Position numbers and translations under genes: made by a program. From assembly GCA_043814605.1 (NCBI GenBank), contig JBDRJV010000007.1, positions 67,354 to 131,353 on the forward strand: a stretch of 64,000 nucleotides of DNA. Reading direction: 5' to 3'. Within the stretch, counting starts at the first letter, position 1. Every line of letters begins with the position of its first letter. The notes below the pieces were generated by a model. The model had not been told where the DNA came from. It searched no databases and saw only the letters and a list, made by a program, of their open reading frames with translations. Below are positions 36,431 through 45,870 of this stretch, one piece after another. Origin of the DNA: Candidatus Omnitrophota bacterium (GTDB lineage: Bacteria; Omnitrophota; Gorgyraeia; B26-G9).

Positions 36431-37460
36431 CCAGCTAGATAAAAGATTAATTCAGATTTTAAGTCAGCGGACTAAACTGGCGGTGAGCATCGGTCGGTTA
36501 AAAAAGGATTCTAAGAAAACCGTCTTTTCTCCCTCCCGGGAAAAACAGGTTTATGACCACATTAAAAAAATAAATAAAGGCCCTTTAAATGATCAGACGA
36601 TTGAGGCAGTTTACCGGGAAATTATGTCCGGAACAATAATGCTGCAAAATCCTATGCAAGTGGCGTATTTAGGCCCGAAAGCCACATTTACTCATTTAGC
36701 CAGTTTGAAAAAATTCGGATCCCAGGTTGAATATTTTGAAGTGCAGACAATCACGGATGTTTTTAATGAAGTGGCCCGCGGCAGTTGTGATTTTGGCGTA
36801 ATTCCGGTGGAGAATTCCATTGAAGGCGCAGTTAATCATACATTGGATATGCTGGTTGATTCAGACTTGAAGATTTGTTCTGAAATTTCTTTAGATATTA
36901 CGCATAATGTTTTGGCTAATTGTGCGCTTAAGGATATTAAACGTGTTTATAGTAATCCCATGGTGTTTGGACAATGCCGGCTGTGGCTGGAATCAAATCT
37001 GTATAATCGGGAATTAATCGAAGTCTCTAGTACAACGCGGGCAGCGCAAATTGCCGCAAAAGAAAAAGGGTCAGCGGCTTTAGCTAGCGAATTAGCCGCG
37101 CAGTTGTATAAAATGAAAATTTTAGCTAAGTCAATTGAAGATAGTCCGCATAATGTAACCCGGTTTTTAGTGATTGGCAGAAAAACCGCCGAACGCACAG
37201 GATGCGATAAAACTTCAATTGTATTTTCGGTAAAAGATAGAATTGGGGCTTTACATGATATGCTGCTGTCGTTTAAATCAGCGAAAATTAATTTAACTAA
37301 GATAGAATCAAGACCGTCTAAGAAAAAAGCCTGGGATTATTATTTTTTTGTGGATATGCAGGGACATGCCAGTGAGCAGCGTTTAACAAAGGCATTGGCC
37401 CAGCTTGAGAAAAAGTGCAGTTTTTTAAAAATTCTTGGTTCCTATCCTCAAGCTGTTTAA
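36387..37460 (+). CDS. pheA: bifunctional chorismate mutase / prephenate dehydratase (P-protein)
   Basis: N-terminal chorismate-mutase helix (LRKAIDQLDKRLIQILSQR), PDT domain and C-terminal ACT domain; start ambiguous (36387-36399). Confidence 0.82.
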   Translation: MMKKMTIQKLRKAIDQLDKRLIQILSQRTKLAVSIGRLKKDSKKTVFSPSREKQVYDHIKKINKGPLNDQTIEAVYREIMSGTIMLQNPMQVAYLGPKATFTHLASLKKFGSQVEYFEVQTITDVFNEVARGSCDFGVIPVENSIEGAVNHTLDMLVDSDLKICSEISLDITHNVLANCALKDIKRVYSNPMVFGQCRLWLESNLYNRELIEVSSTTRAAQIAAKEKGSAALASELAAQLYKMKILAKSIEDSPHNVTRFLVIGRKTAERTGCDKTSIVFSVKDRIGALHDMLLSFKSAKINLTKIESRPSKKKAWDYYFFVDMQGHASEQRLTKALAQLEKKCSFLKILGSYPQAV

Positions 37461-37522
37461 TTTTTTAATATTTTTTTAATCAAAAAATTTTTAAGCATAC
37501 CCTCACCAAGGAGAATTTAACA

Positions 37523-38644
37523 ATGAGTATTAAAAAAAGTGTCAGAGATTGTATTCTAAATTTTAAGCCGTATAAACCGGGAAAGCCGATAGAAGAGCTA
37601 AAAAGAGAATTAAAACTAAAAAATGTTTTTAAAATGGCATCTAACGAGAATGCTCTGGGGCCTTCACCCCAGGCAATCAGTGCACTTAAAAATGCTTTAG
37701 CGAATATTAACCGTTATCCGGACGGGGCTTGTTATTATTTGAAACAGGTTTTAGCAAAAAAATATAAACTGCAGCCGGATAATATTATCATAGGTAACGG
37801 CTCGGATGAATTGATTGTTTTAGCCTTAAAGGCTTTTGTCAATAAATCCGATGAAGTAATTATTGCTGATCCCACATTTCTGGTTTATAAATTGGCGGCA
37901 ATTTTAGCCGAAGCGAAAGTGATTAGTGTGGATTTGAAAGCGTTTCGCTATGATTTACCGGCGATGAAAGAGAAAATAACGCCCCGCACAAAAGTAATTT
38001 TTATCGCTAACCCCGATAATCCCACGGGCAGTTATGTGAGCCGGTTAGAAGTTGAACAGTTTTTAAAAGGCATACCCAAAAATATTTTGTTGTTTTTTGA
38101 TGAAGCGTATTTTGAGTATTTAGAAGCCCGCGATTACCCGGATACTTTAAAATATTTAAGACGCGGTAATATTATTGTCTGCCGGAGTTTTTCCAAGGCT
38201 TATGGCCTGGCGGGATTGCGTATTGGCTGGGCTGCGGCATCGCGTGAAATAATTGGATATTTAAATCAAGTCAGAGAGCCTTTTAATGTTAATATGTTAG
38301 CGCAAATTGCCGCAATTGCTGCATTAGCAGATAGAAAACATGTTCAGAAATCACGTCAATTAATTAAAACTGGAAAAAAATTTATTGTCCGAGAGTTAAA
38401 ACAAATGAAATTATTTTTTGTCCCCAGTGTGACAAATTTTATCTTAATTAATATGGGATATAGGGCAAAAGCTGTTTATGAAAAATTACTAAAAAGAGGT
38501 ATTATTGTACGGGAAATGTCTGCCTGGGGATTGAATAACTTTATTCGTGTGACAATTGGCACTCCGAATGAAAATAAGGCTTTTATCCGGGAATTAAAAA
38601 AAATTTTACTCTTAATTAATAAAAAAAAAGGAGATAATCAGTGA
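37523..38644 (+). CDS. hisC: histidinol-phosphate/aromatic aminotransferase (class II PLP aminotransferase)
   Basis: 373 aa; HisC-family layout with PLP-lysine region (SFSKAYGLAGLRIG); placement inside an aromatic-amino-acid cluster suggests a possible aromatic aminotransferase role (inference). Confidence 0.7.
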   Translation: MSIKKSVRDCILNFKPYKPGKPIEELKRELKLKNVFKMASNENALGPSPQAISALKNALANINRYPDGACYYLKQVLAKKYKLQPDNIIIGNGSDELIVLALKAFVNKSDEVIIADPTFLVYKLAAILAEAKVISVDLKAFRYDLPAMKEKITPRTKVIFIANPDNPTGSYVSRLEVEQFLKGIPKNILLFFDEAYFEYLEARDYPDTLKYLRRGNIIVCRSFSKAYGLAGLRIGWAAASREIIGYLNQVREPFNVNMLAQIAAIAALADRKHVQKSRQLIKTGKKFIVRELKQMKLFFVPSVTNFILINMGYRAKAVYEKLLKRGIIVREMSAWGLNNFIRVTIGTPNENKAFIRELKKILLLINKKKGDNQ

Positions 38645-39654
38645 TAATTGTTCTCAAGAAAGAGATAACTGCGGCTCAGAAAAATAAGTTAATGCAGAAA
38701 ATACATTCCCTCGGGCTTAAAACAATGGTTTCCCGGGGGGTGGAAAGATCAATTATTGGCGTAATTGGAGCCGAAGATAAATTGCGGGTACAGCCGCTGG
38801 AGGCTTTTGCCGGAGTGGAGAGTGTTATTTCAGTTTTGGCTCCCTATAAGCTTGTTTCGCGTGAGTTTAAGCCTGAGGATACAGTGATCAAGATAAAACA
38901 GGAACGGATTGGCGGCAAGAAAGTTATTATTATGGCTGGGCCGTGTGCAATTGAGAATCTTAAAATACTTAAGGCAATAGCTAAAGCTGTAAAAAAATCC
39001 GGGGCAACAATCTTAAGAGGCGGGGCTTTTAAACCCAGGACTTCACCCTATTCTTTTCAAGGTTTGGGTGAAAAAGGTTTAAAAATCATGAAACAGGTTT
39101 GTGATGATTTTGGTCTTTTGAGTGTGACCGAGGTTATGGACCCGCGGGATGTAGGGTTAGTTTGTAAATATGTGGATATTATGCAAATTGGTGCAAGAAA
39201 TATGCAGAATTTTAATCTGCTTAAAGAAGTGGGAAAAAGCAGAAAGCCCGTACTTCTAAAACGCGGGATGATGTCTACAATTAAGGAATTACTAATGAGT
39301 GCGGAATATATATTAAGTGAAGGTAATTTCAATGTCATTCTTTGTGAACGGGGGATTCGGACATTTGAAACATACACAAGAAATACTTTAGATATCAACG
39401 CAGTTCCGGCAATAAAAAAATTAAGTCATTTACCGGTTATTGTTGATCCCAGCCACGCGACGGGTAAATGGGGATTAGTTAGTGCGGTAAGCAAGGGCGC
39501 AGTGGCTGCGGGAGCAGATGGGCTGATTGTGGAAGTGCATACTCATCCAGAGCAGGCTGCTTCTGACGGGGCCCAGTCTTTAAGTCCGGAAAATTTTGAT
39601 CAAATGCTTAAGGAATTAAAGAAAATTGCCGCGGCTGTGGATCGGGAAATGTAA
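38641..39654 (+). CDS. aroF: 3-deoxy-7-phosphoheptulonate (DAHP) synthase, type I-beta with N-terminal regulatory domain
   Basis: 337 aa; N-terminal ferredoxin-like regulatory domain then a KDO8PS/DAHPS I-beta core ([12 protein letters not shown] ... KRGMMS ... [10 protein letters not shown]). Confidence 0.8.
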   Translation: MIIVLKKEITAAQKNKLMQKIHSLGLKTMVSRGVERSIIGVIGAEDKLRVQPLEAFAGVESVISVLAPYKLVSREFKPEDTVIKIKQERIGGKKVIIMAGPCAIENLKILKAIAKAVKKSGATILRGGAFKPRTSPYSFQGLGEKGLKIMKQVCDDFGLLSVTEVMDPRDVGLVCKYVDIMQIGARNMQNFNLLKEVGKSRKPVLLKRGMMSTIKELLMSAEYILSEGNFNVILCERGIRTFETYTRNTLDINAVPAIKKLSHLPVIVDPSHATGKWGLVSAVSKGAVAAGADGLIVEVHTHPEQAASDGAQSLSPENFDQMLKELKKIAAAVDREM

Positions 39655-39689
39655 AATTAATTTAACTTAAACAAAAAAAGATAAAAAAT

Positions 39690-40532
39690 ATGAAGAAATT
39701 TAAGAAAGTAGTTATTATCGGCCCGGGTCTTATCGGCGGCTCGATTGGTTTATTTTTAAAAAAAGAAAAAGCGGCAGAAGTTATTGTCGGAGTGGCCCGG
39801 CATCAGAAAACATTAAAAAAAGCTAAACAAAAAAAAATGGTAGACGCAACCTCTAAGGATTTGATTAATTCCGTAAGGGGTGCGGATTTAATTATTATTG
39901 CCACACCTGTTCAGTCAGTGCCGCGCATATTCCAGTTAATTAAAAATAATCTGCAGCCAGGGTGTATTATTTTTGATGTGGGTAGCACAAAAAAATATAT
40001 TTTGAAAGCAGCGGATAAATACTTACCGCGTGATATTTTCTTTATCGGCACGCATCCGATGGCTGGGTCGGAAAAAGCCGGGCCGGAATTTGCGGATCGG
40101 AATTTATTCAGAAATAGTATATGCTTTATTGTTAAGCCTAAAAAAGTAAATAAAAAAGCCTTAATTTTCGTTCAATCCTTATGGAAGAAAATGGGGGCAA
40201 AGGTTATTTTGGTTAAAGCCGAAAAACATGACCAAATTGTAGCAGGAATCAGTCATCTGCCGCATTTAGTGAGTGTGGCTATTGTGAATAGTAGCGATAC
40301 GGCCAGCCTTAAATTTGCGGCAACTGGATATAAAGATACAACTCGCGTTGTGGCAGGATTGCCGGAAATTTGGGAAGGAATATTTTTTACCAATAAAAAT
40401 TCAATATTGAAATCAATAATGGTATTTGAAAAAGAATTATTCAAGTTAAAAAAGGCGCTTAAAAATAGTGATAAAAAATTTTTTACGCAACAATTGACCG
40501 CTGCTAAAAAAACAAGGGATAAGCTTAAATAA
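39690..40532 (+). CDS. tyrA: prephenate dehydrogenase
   Basis: Rossmann motif VVIIGPGLIGGSIG; TyrA family catalytic region (GTHPMAGSE). Confidence 0.8.
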   Translation: MKKFKKVVIIGPGLIGGSIGLFLKKEKAAEVIVGVARHQKTLKKAKQKKMVDATSKDLINSVRGADLIIIATPVQSVPRIFQLIKNNLQPGCIIFDVGSTKKYILKAADKYLPRDIFFIGTHPMAGSEKAGPEFADRNLFRNSICFIVKPKKVNKKALIFVQSLWKKMGAKVILVKAEKHDQIVAGISHLPHLVSVAIVNSSDTASLKFAATGYKDTTRVVAGLPEIWEGIFFTNKNSILKSIMVFEKELFKLKKALKNSDKKFFTQQLTAAKKTRDKLK

Positions 40533-40627
40533 AAATAAATTTGATGCTAAGTAAATTATTCCGGACAAAATGGGAATATGGTTTAAATTTATATTTTTTG
40601 GCAATTCATTGATTAAAGGTAGATATT

Positions 40628-41293
40628 GTGATTATTGCTATTGATGGGCCGGCAGGTGCCGGAAAAAGTACAATCGCAAAAATCCTGGCAGATAGATTAG
40701 GATTTTTTTATGTTGATACAGGGGCAATGTACCGGGCATTGACGCTTAAAATATTAAATTGCGGGGTTGGTTTTAGCAGTCCGAAAAAATTAGTCGAAAT
40801 AACTAAGAATACAAAGATTAAGCTGATTGAACATAAAAATGCTAAGTTGTGTATTTTCCTGGATGATCAGGATGTATCCGTTGAGATTAGAAACCCTGCA
40901 GTAACAAAACAGGTTTTTCGTATTGCACGTATTCCGCAAATTAGGCAGATTATGGTTGAGTGGCAAAGGGCTTATGCGGATGAGAGTGATATTGTTATGG
41001 AAGGCCGCGATATCGGTACGGAAGTTTTTCCAGAGACAAAAAATAAATTTTATTTAGATGCCAGTGCTGATGTGCGGGCAAAACGCCGCCTAAAAGAGTT
41101 AAAAGAAAAGAAAATTGATGTCTCGTATAAAGAAATTTTAAGACAAATCCAGGAACGGGACGATAAAGATAAAAGCCGCGCCTGCGGACCATTAAAACAG
41201 GCGGAAGATGCAATTTATCTGGATACATCTAATCTTACGATTCATCAGGTTATTGAAAAAATAATTAGTTATTTACCGAAAGAAGTAAAATGA
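40628..41293 (+). CDS. cmk: cytidylate kinase
   Basis: IAIDGPAGAGKST P-loop and the Cmk family pattern (YVDTGAMYRA); GTG start. Confidence 0.88.
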   Translation: MIIAIDGPAGAGKSTIAKILADRLGFFYVDTGAMYRALTLKILNCGVGFSSPKKLVEITKNTKIKLIEHKNAKLCIFLDDQDVSVEIRNPAVTKQVFRIARIPQIRQIMVEWQRAYADESDIVMEGRDIGTEVFPETKNKFYLDASADVRAKRRLKELKEKKIDVSYKEILRQIQERDDKDKSRACGPLKQAEDAIYLDTSNLTIHQVIEKIISYLPKEVK

Positions 41294-41943
41294 AAAATGC
41301 TTTTTATTGGATGTGCCGTTTTGTGTTGATGATCTTATTAAAGATTTTTTTTCGGTTTAAATGCACCGGACGCAAATATCTGCCGAAAACAGGCGGTTGT
41401 ATTATTGCCTCTAACCACTTAAGTTATCTTGATCCAATTGTTTTAAGTGTGGCCAGCACCCGAATCCTGACTTTTATGGCAAAACGGGAATTATTTGAAC
41501 AAAATTGGTTTTTTACCTGGTTAATTACAATGTTAAATTCTTTTCCCCTTGAACGGGAAAAAACCGATGTTAAGGCTTTGCGTTTAGCCATGGAAAAATT
41601 AAATAAAGGCCATAGCATGATTATTTTTCCGGAAGGAACCCGCAGTAGAACCGGGGATGTAAAAAATGCTCAGGCCGGGGTAAGTATGTTAGCGGCAAAT
41701 TCTAAAGTAAAAGTTGTGCCGACTCTGATTATCGGCACGGACCAGGCAATGGGGGCGAAAGCAAAAAAGCTGATTTTTTTTGTGCCTTTAAGCGTGCATT
41801 TTGGTCAGGCGATGGATATGGAAACCTACAGACGGCAAAATCCGAATCTTGATAAAAAGAAACTTTATTTATCTTTTTCTCAAAAAATTATTGATGAAAT
41901 CAGGTTTTTAAAAGATGAATATAAAAAGGAAAAGTCCGCATAA
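41290..41943 (+). CDS. plsC: 1-acyl-sn-glycerol-3-phosphate acyltransferase
   Basis: Acyltransferase motifs NHLSYLDP (HxxxxD) and FPEGTRS; conserved cmk-plsC-rpsA neighbourhood. Confidence 0.82.
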   Translation: MKNAFYWMCRFVLMILLKIFFRFKCTGRKYLPKTGGCIIASNHLSYLDPIVLSVASTRILTFMAKRELFEQNWFFTWLITMLNSFPLEREKTDVKALRLAMEKLNKGHSMIIFPEGTRSRTGDVKNAQAGVSMLAANSKVKVVPTLIIGTDQAMGAKAKKLIFFVPLSVHFGQAMDMETYRRQNPNLDKKKLYLSFSQKIIDEIRFLKDEYKKEKSA

Positions 41944-41961
41944 ATAATTTTTTATTAATAC

Positions 41962-41990
41962 TTGTAAAATAAATATAAATTTGCTATACT
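41962..41990 (+). promoter_or_regulatory. sigma70-like promoter candidate for rpsA (TTGTAA-17 nt-TATACT)
   Basis: TTGTAA 41962-67 and TATACT 41985-90; followed by a leader hairpin (AGCACAGCAGC...GCTGCGTGCT at ~42075-42105) and the RBS AAAGGAGG. Confidence 0.4.
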
Positions 41991-42128
41991 TATGGGAAAT
42001 TTGCATAATTATAGCAAAAAAAGTGGAGCTTATTGATTATACTGGCGTTATCAAAAAATGAAAAGCCAGTCAGCACAGCAGCTGTAAAAATGCTGCGTGC
42101 TTTATTAAAAAAAGGAGGTTGAAATGAG

Positions 42129-43739
42129 ATGTCACGAAAAAAGAAAAAGAAATTTGCTGATTTTGATGGTTTAGACCAAAATAAGGATAGTGTATTTGCC
42201 AAGGAATTAGAAAATTTTTATGCAAAAGGGGTAACGACACTTGTTGAAGGCGAAATAATCAGCGGTAAGATTGTAGGGATTACAGGTAAAGAAGTATTAG
42301 TTGATATTGGGTTTAAGTCTGAGGGTATCCTGCCTACAGATGAGTTTGATGATCCTGCCGATATAAAAATTAATGAAGTAATCAATGTGCTTTTAGAGAC
42401 AAAAGAAGATGAAAAAGGCATGGTTATTGTCTCTAAACGCAAAGCAGACCGAACCCTGGGCTGGGAAAGAATTATTAATAATTATAAAGAAGGCGATACT
42501 ATTGAAGGAAAAGTTTCGCGTAAGGTCAAAGGCGGCTTAATGGTCGATATCGGAATGGATGCATTTTTACCAGCTTCTCAGATTGCATTAAGAGGCATTC
42601 AAAATATTGATCAGTTTATCGGCAATACATATGAATTTATGATTGTCAAAGTAAATAAGCCGAGAAAAAATATCGTGTTATCTCGCCGGGAGTTATTATT
42701 AAAAGAAAGAGAAGTTTCCCGGGAAAAGCTGCTTAAAGAAATTGAGGAAGGCCAAATTCGCCAAGGTACTGTTAAAAATATTGCTGATTTCGGTGTGTTT
42801 ATTGACCTGGGTGGAGTGGATGGTCTTTTGCATATAACGGATATGAGCTGGGGGCGAATCAGCCATCCGTCGGAAATGGTAGCAATTGGGGATAATATTG
42901 AGGTAAAGGTGCTGAAAATAGATAATGATCCCATGCGGATTTCCTTAGGCTTAAAGCAGAAAACATCTAGTCCCTGGGCCGGGATTGAAGATAAATTTCC
43001 GGTGGGAGCGAAGATTAAAGGCAAGATTGTGAATATTGTTGCCTACGGAGCCTTTGTAGAATTAGAAAAAGGAGTGGAGGGGCTAATTCATATTTCTGAA
43101 TTCTCTTGGACAAGAAGAATTTCCCATCCATCAGAAATGCTGGCAATCGGAGATATTGTAGAAGCTGTTGTTTTAAGTATGGATGTTAATACTCAGAAAA
43201 TTGCCTTAGGTATTAAACAGACTGAAACAGATCCCTGGCAGGGTATTAGCGATAAATATTCCGCAGGTTCCCGGGTAAAGGGGCGGGTGAGAAATCTTAC
43301 GGATTATGGCGCATTTGTTGAGCTGGAAGAGGGTATTGATGGATTGGTGCATGTATCCGATATTTCCTGGACAAAAAAAGTAAATAACCCCTCTGAATTC
43401 TTAAAGAAAGGCCAAAAACTGGAAGTGGTGATTTTAAGCGTGGATGAAATTAATCACAAAATTTCATTAGGCTTAAAACAGTTAACCGATGATCCTTGGG
43501 CTGCGATTGTTGAACGTTATCCGATGGAAAAAGAAGTAGAGGGAACAATTACCAAAGTTACTACTTTTGGGATATTCATTGAACTAGAAAAAGAATTAGA
43601 AGGTTTAATCCACATGACAGAAATTGATATAGAGCCAACGTTGAAACTAGAAGATTCTTTTAAAGTGGGTGATAAAGTAAAGGCCAAAGTTATTAAGGTG
43701 GATAACGATCAAAGAAAAATCGGCTTAAGTATGAAGTAA
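42129..43739 (+). CDS. rpsA: 30S ribosomal protein S1
   Basis: 536 aa containing six S1 (OB-fold) repeats; N-terminal lysine-rich stretch. Confidence 0.9.
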   Translation: MSRKKKKKFADFDGLDQNKDSVFAKELENFYAKGVTTLVEGEIISGKIVGITGKEVLVDIGFKSEGILPTDEFDDPADIKINEVINVLLETKEDEKGMVIVSKRKADRTLGWERIINNYKEGDTIEGKVSRKVKGGLMVDIGMDAFLPASQIALRGIQNIDQFIGNTYEFMIVKVNKPRKNIVLSRRELLLKEREVSREKLLKEIEEGQIRQGTVKNIADFGVFIDLGGVDGLLHITDMSWGRISHPSEMVAIGDNIEVKVLKIDNDPMRISLGLKQKTSSPWAGIEDKFPVGAKIKGKIVNIVAYGAFVELEKGVEGLIHISEFSWTRRISHPSEMLAIGDIVEAVVLSMDVNTQKIALGIKQTETDPWQGISDKYSAGSRVKGRVRNLTDYGAFVELEEGIDGLVHVSDISWTKKVNNPSEFLKKGQKLEVVILSVDEINHKISLGLKQLTDDPWAAIVERYPMEKEVEGTITKVTTFGIFIELEKELEGLIHMTEIDIEPTLKLEDSFKVGDKVKAKVIKVDNDQRKIGLSMK

Positions 43740-43764
43740 TAAGCGGATTTATTTAGTTAATTAA

Positions 43765-43798
43765 AGGCACGGATAATATTTATTCGTGCCTTTTTTTT
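43765..43798 (+). terminator. rho-independent terminator after rpsA
   Basis: AGGCACG-N13-CGTGCCT followed by T8. Confidence 0.75.
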
Positions 43799-43799
43799 G

Positions 43800-44160
43800 T
43801 TTAAAATATGAAATTCTAGAAGGGGCTGTTCCGCCCCTTAAACCCCAGACATCCTTTCTTTTGTGCGGAACAAAAGAAAGGATGCAAAGAAAAACCGCCC
43901 CATGGAAACAGCACTGTTTTTCTAATTAAGTTAGTCTTCTGGGTTGCACTGCCGAAAAGGCAATCCTGCCTTGCGGCGTTCAGACATCCATGTCTTCACC
44001 CATCCGCCTAACTTAAAGAAAAACCTAGTGCTTGGTTTCTAAAGGGGAAAAGCAGTTTTTAAGGTTTTCAAATAGAGAGTAGAGAGAACTAACCGCTATC
44101 CGCGGCTTTCATTTTTTATTGACCAACTAAGAGTAGAGGCGTATTATTTATATATTGCAA
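43800..44160. other. GC-rich, hairpin-rich non-coding block (possible mobile-element end or unclassified structured RNA)
   Basis: GC content locally much higher than the flanks; multiple stem-loops (GGGGCTGTTCCGCCCC; GGAACAAAAGAAAGGATG pairing CATCCTTTCTTTTGTGCGGAAC; GCAATCCTGCCTTGCGGC); no ORF of note; abuts the HNH and transposase genes. Confidence 0.35.
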
Positions 44161-44208
44161 AAAAAAAGAATGGTTGTATATTTAATGTTAGGAAAGTAAA
44201 TAAAACCG

Positions 44209-44520
44209 ATGAATAATTGGAACATACCAGAATGGCTTGAAAAGAAAATAACCAAAAGAGACAAGTTTTGTATTTATTGCGGAGTTAGATTTGGTACATC
44301 AAAAGAATCCAAGAAAACTCAAGCTTCTTGGGAACATATAATAAATGATGCAAAAATAATTACCAAAGATAATATTGCACGTTGTTGTGTAGCCTGCAAT
44401 TCAAGTAAAGGGACTAAAAAACTTTCAGGCTGGATAAATTCAAAATATTGCATAGAAAAAGGCATAAATAAAAATACTGTTGCCGATATAGTTAAAAAGG
44501 CATTAAATAAAAACTTCTAA
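44209..44520 (+). CDS. small HNH endonuclease
   Basis: 103 aa; HNH signature CIYCG ... WEHIIND ... CCVACNSSKG (CxxC...H...N...CxxCN); AT-rich, likely foreign. Confidence 0.7.
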   Translation: MNNWNIPEWLEKKITKRDKFCIYCGVRFGTSKESKKTQASWEHIINDAKIITKDNIARCCVACNSSKGTKKLSGWINSKYCIEKGINKNTVADIVKKALNKNF

Positions 44521-44600
44521 TAACGCACTACAAATGACTGTTACCAGTCATCTTTCGGTATTGGCTACCAGCAGGTGAGTTTGAATGTTATAATATAAAA

Positions 44601-45129
44601 ATGCAAAAATTAAAAACCCGTAAACCTACCAGATTAAATAATTATGATTATTCGTTGAATGGTTATTATTTTGTAACGATGTGTTCCAAGGATAGAAAAA
44701 ATATTTTTGGTGAAAATATAAATACAAATGACGTAGGGGCCGGCCTTGCGTCGGCCCGTGACAATATAAATTTATCAAAAATTGGTCAAATTGTTGATAA
44801 TCTAATCAATATGATGATGTTGCATTAGACAAATATATGTGATCATGCCTAATCACATACATGGAATTTTGATTATTAATAAATTACGGGAGGAGGCAAG
44901 CCCCTCCCCTACGATTTCTGACATTATTTGTTATTTTAAATCAAAATGCACGAATGAATATTTGAATCACATTAACCAGAATGATCTAAATATTTCTGGT
45001 AAAATCTGGCAACGATCATTCTACGACCACGTTATCAGAAACAAACGTTCTTTAAACGCTATTAGAAATTATATTGCAACTAATCCCGAAAACTGGGAGA
45101 ATGATATTGATAATTTAATAAATTTATAA
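44601..45129 (+). pseudogene. tnpA: disrupted IS200/IS605-family Y1 (HuH) transposase, RAYT-like, split into two ORFs
   Basis: ORF1 N-terminus RLNNYDYSLNGYYFVTMCSKDRKNIF and ORF2 motifs MPNHIHGILII (HuH) and RSFYDHVIRN (catalytic Tyr) are in different frames. GC-rich hairpin-like inserts (GGGCCGGCCTTGCGTCGGCCC; GGGAGGAGGCAAGCCCCTCCCC) interrupt both parts. Confidence 0.6.
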
Positions 45130-45211
45130 CGATTCGCTCCAGGCAATCCCGCCGGCCAATTTTTTATTCTATTTTTACAATCATCCAGAATCTAGGATCT
45201 AGAATCTGCTT

Positions 45212-45745
45212 TTATTTCCGATCAAAAAATATATTCTTTCCTGTAGCGGATAAAGGTATGGCGAGGGCGATTTTTACACTTTTATCTTCAAATAAATTTA
45301 AAGCGATTGCGGCTTTTCCTGCAGAATACATGATCCGGTTATCAATATGAAATTTTGCCGCCATGTTTACCGCTGAACCCAGGGCAATACCCAGGTCAAT
45401 AGTATTAAACGCACAGATAGATTTGGCTTTTAACATTGCCTGGCAGTTATCATAATTACAGAGGCTGCAATATTCAATTCCTAATGCCTGTGCTTTTGTG
45501 GCAATGAATACAATCACCGGTGCGGATTTCAAATTTTCTGCATCGCGCTTAAATCCCGGCTTGTTTTTAGAAACAGCTAACTCTTGCATTTTTTTAATTA
45601 ATTTATTTTTTGCATTTGCTTTATCTAGGATTAAAGTAACAATATTATCTGCGCCTTTGGCTTTGGGAGCAGTACGCGCTGCAGTAATCATAAACCCGGC
45701 TACTTGTTTTAAAATATTTTTTTCGATTTTTTTTGTCTGGTCCAT
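45212..45745 (-). CDS. conserved hypothetical protein with Cys cluster (possibly DUF2148/COG4739-type ferredoxin-domain protein)
   Basis: 177-aa ORF on the minus strand with CSLCNYDNC (CxxCxxxxC) plus a further Cys; the only substantial minus-strand gene in the window; convergent with the insertion. Confidence 0.4.
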   Translation of the reverse strand: MDQTKKIEKNILKQVAGFMITAARTAPKAKGADNIVTLILDKANAKNKLIKKMQELAVSKNKPGFKRDAENLKSAPVIVFIATKAQALGIEYCSLCNYDNCQAMLKAKSICAFNTIDLGIALGSAVNMAAKFHIDNRIMYSAGKAAIALNLFEDKSVKIALAIPLSATGKNIFFDRK

Positions 45746-45870
45746 ATTTTTTTTCCTTTCTTTTTATTTATTTCTCTATGAATTTTAACAATCAAATCAT
45801 CATATGTCAAGCGTTGACAATATGTTATTTGTATGTTATGATACGCGCAAAGAAAGGGAAAAAGAAAAAA

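Larger units (their letters stand above)
43800..45200. mobile_element. putative degenerate IS200/IS605-like insertion (structured ends + HNH + broken tnpA) between rpsA and a convergent minus-strand gene
   Basis: Compositional discontinuity; transposase remnant; shared motif GGCAATCC(T/C)GCC near both ends (~43946 and ~45143); no direct target duplication verified. Confidence 0.4.

Noticed and set aside
43800-44160. Possibility that the GC-rich block is a tmRNA, RNase P RNA, SRP RNA or a tRNA
   Set aside because: I could not find the diagnostic conserved blocks for any of them. Missing are GGAAAGUCCGG / AGGGUGAAA for RNase P, the AGGUCCGGAAGGAAGCAGC SRP motif, and a tRNA-like acceptor/T-arm with CCA or a tag-peptide reading frame. 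It is kept only as an unclassified structured region.
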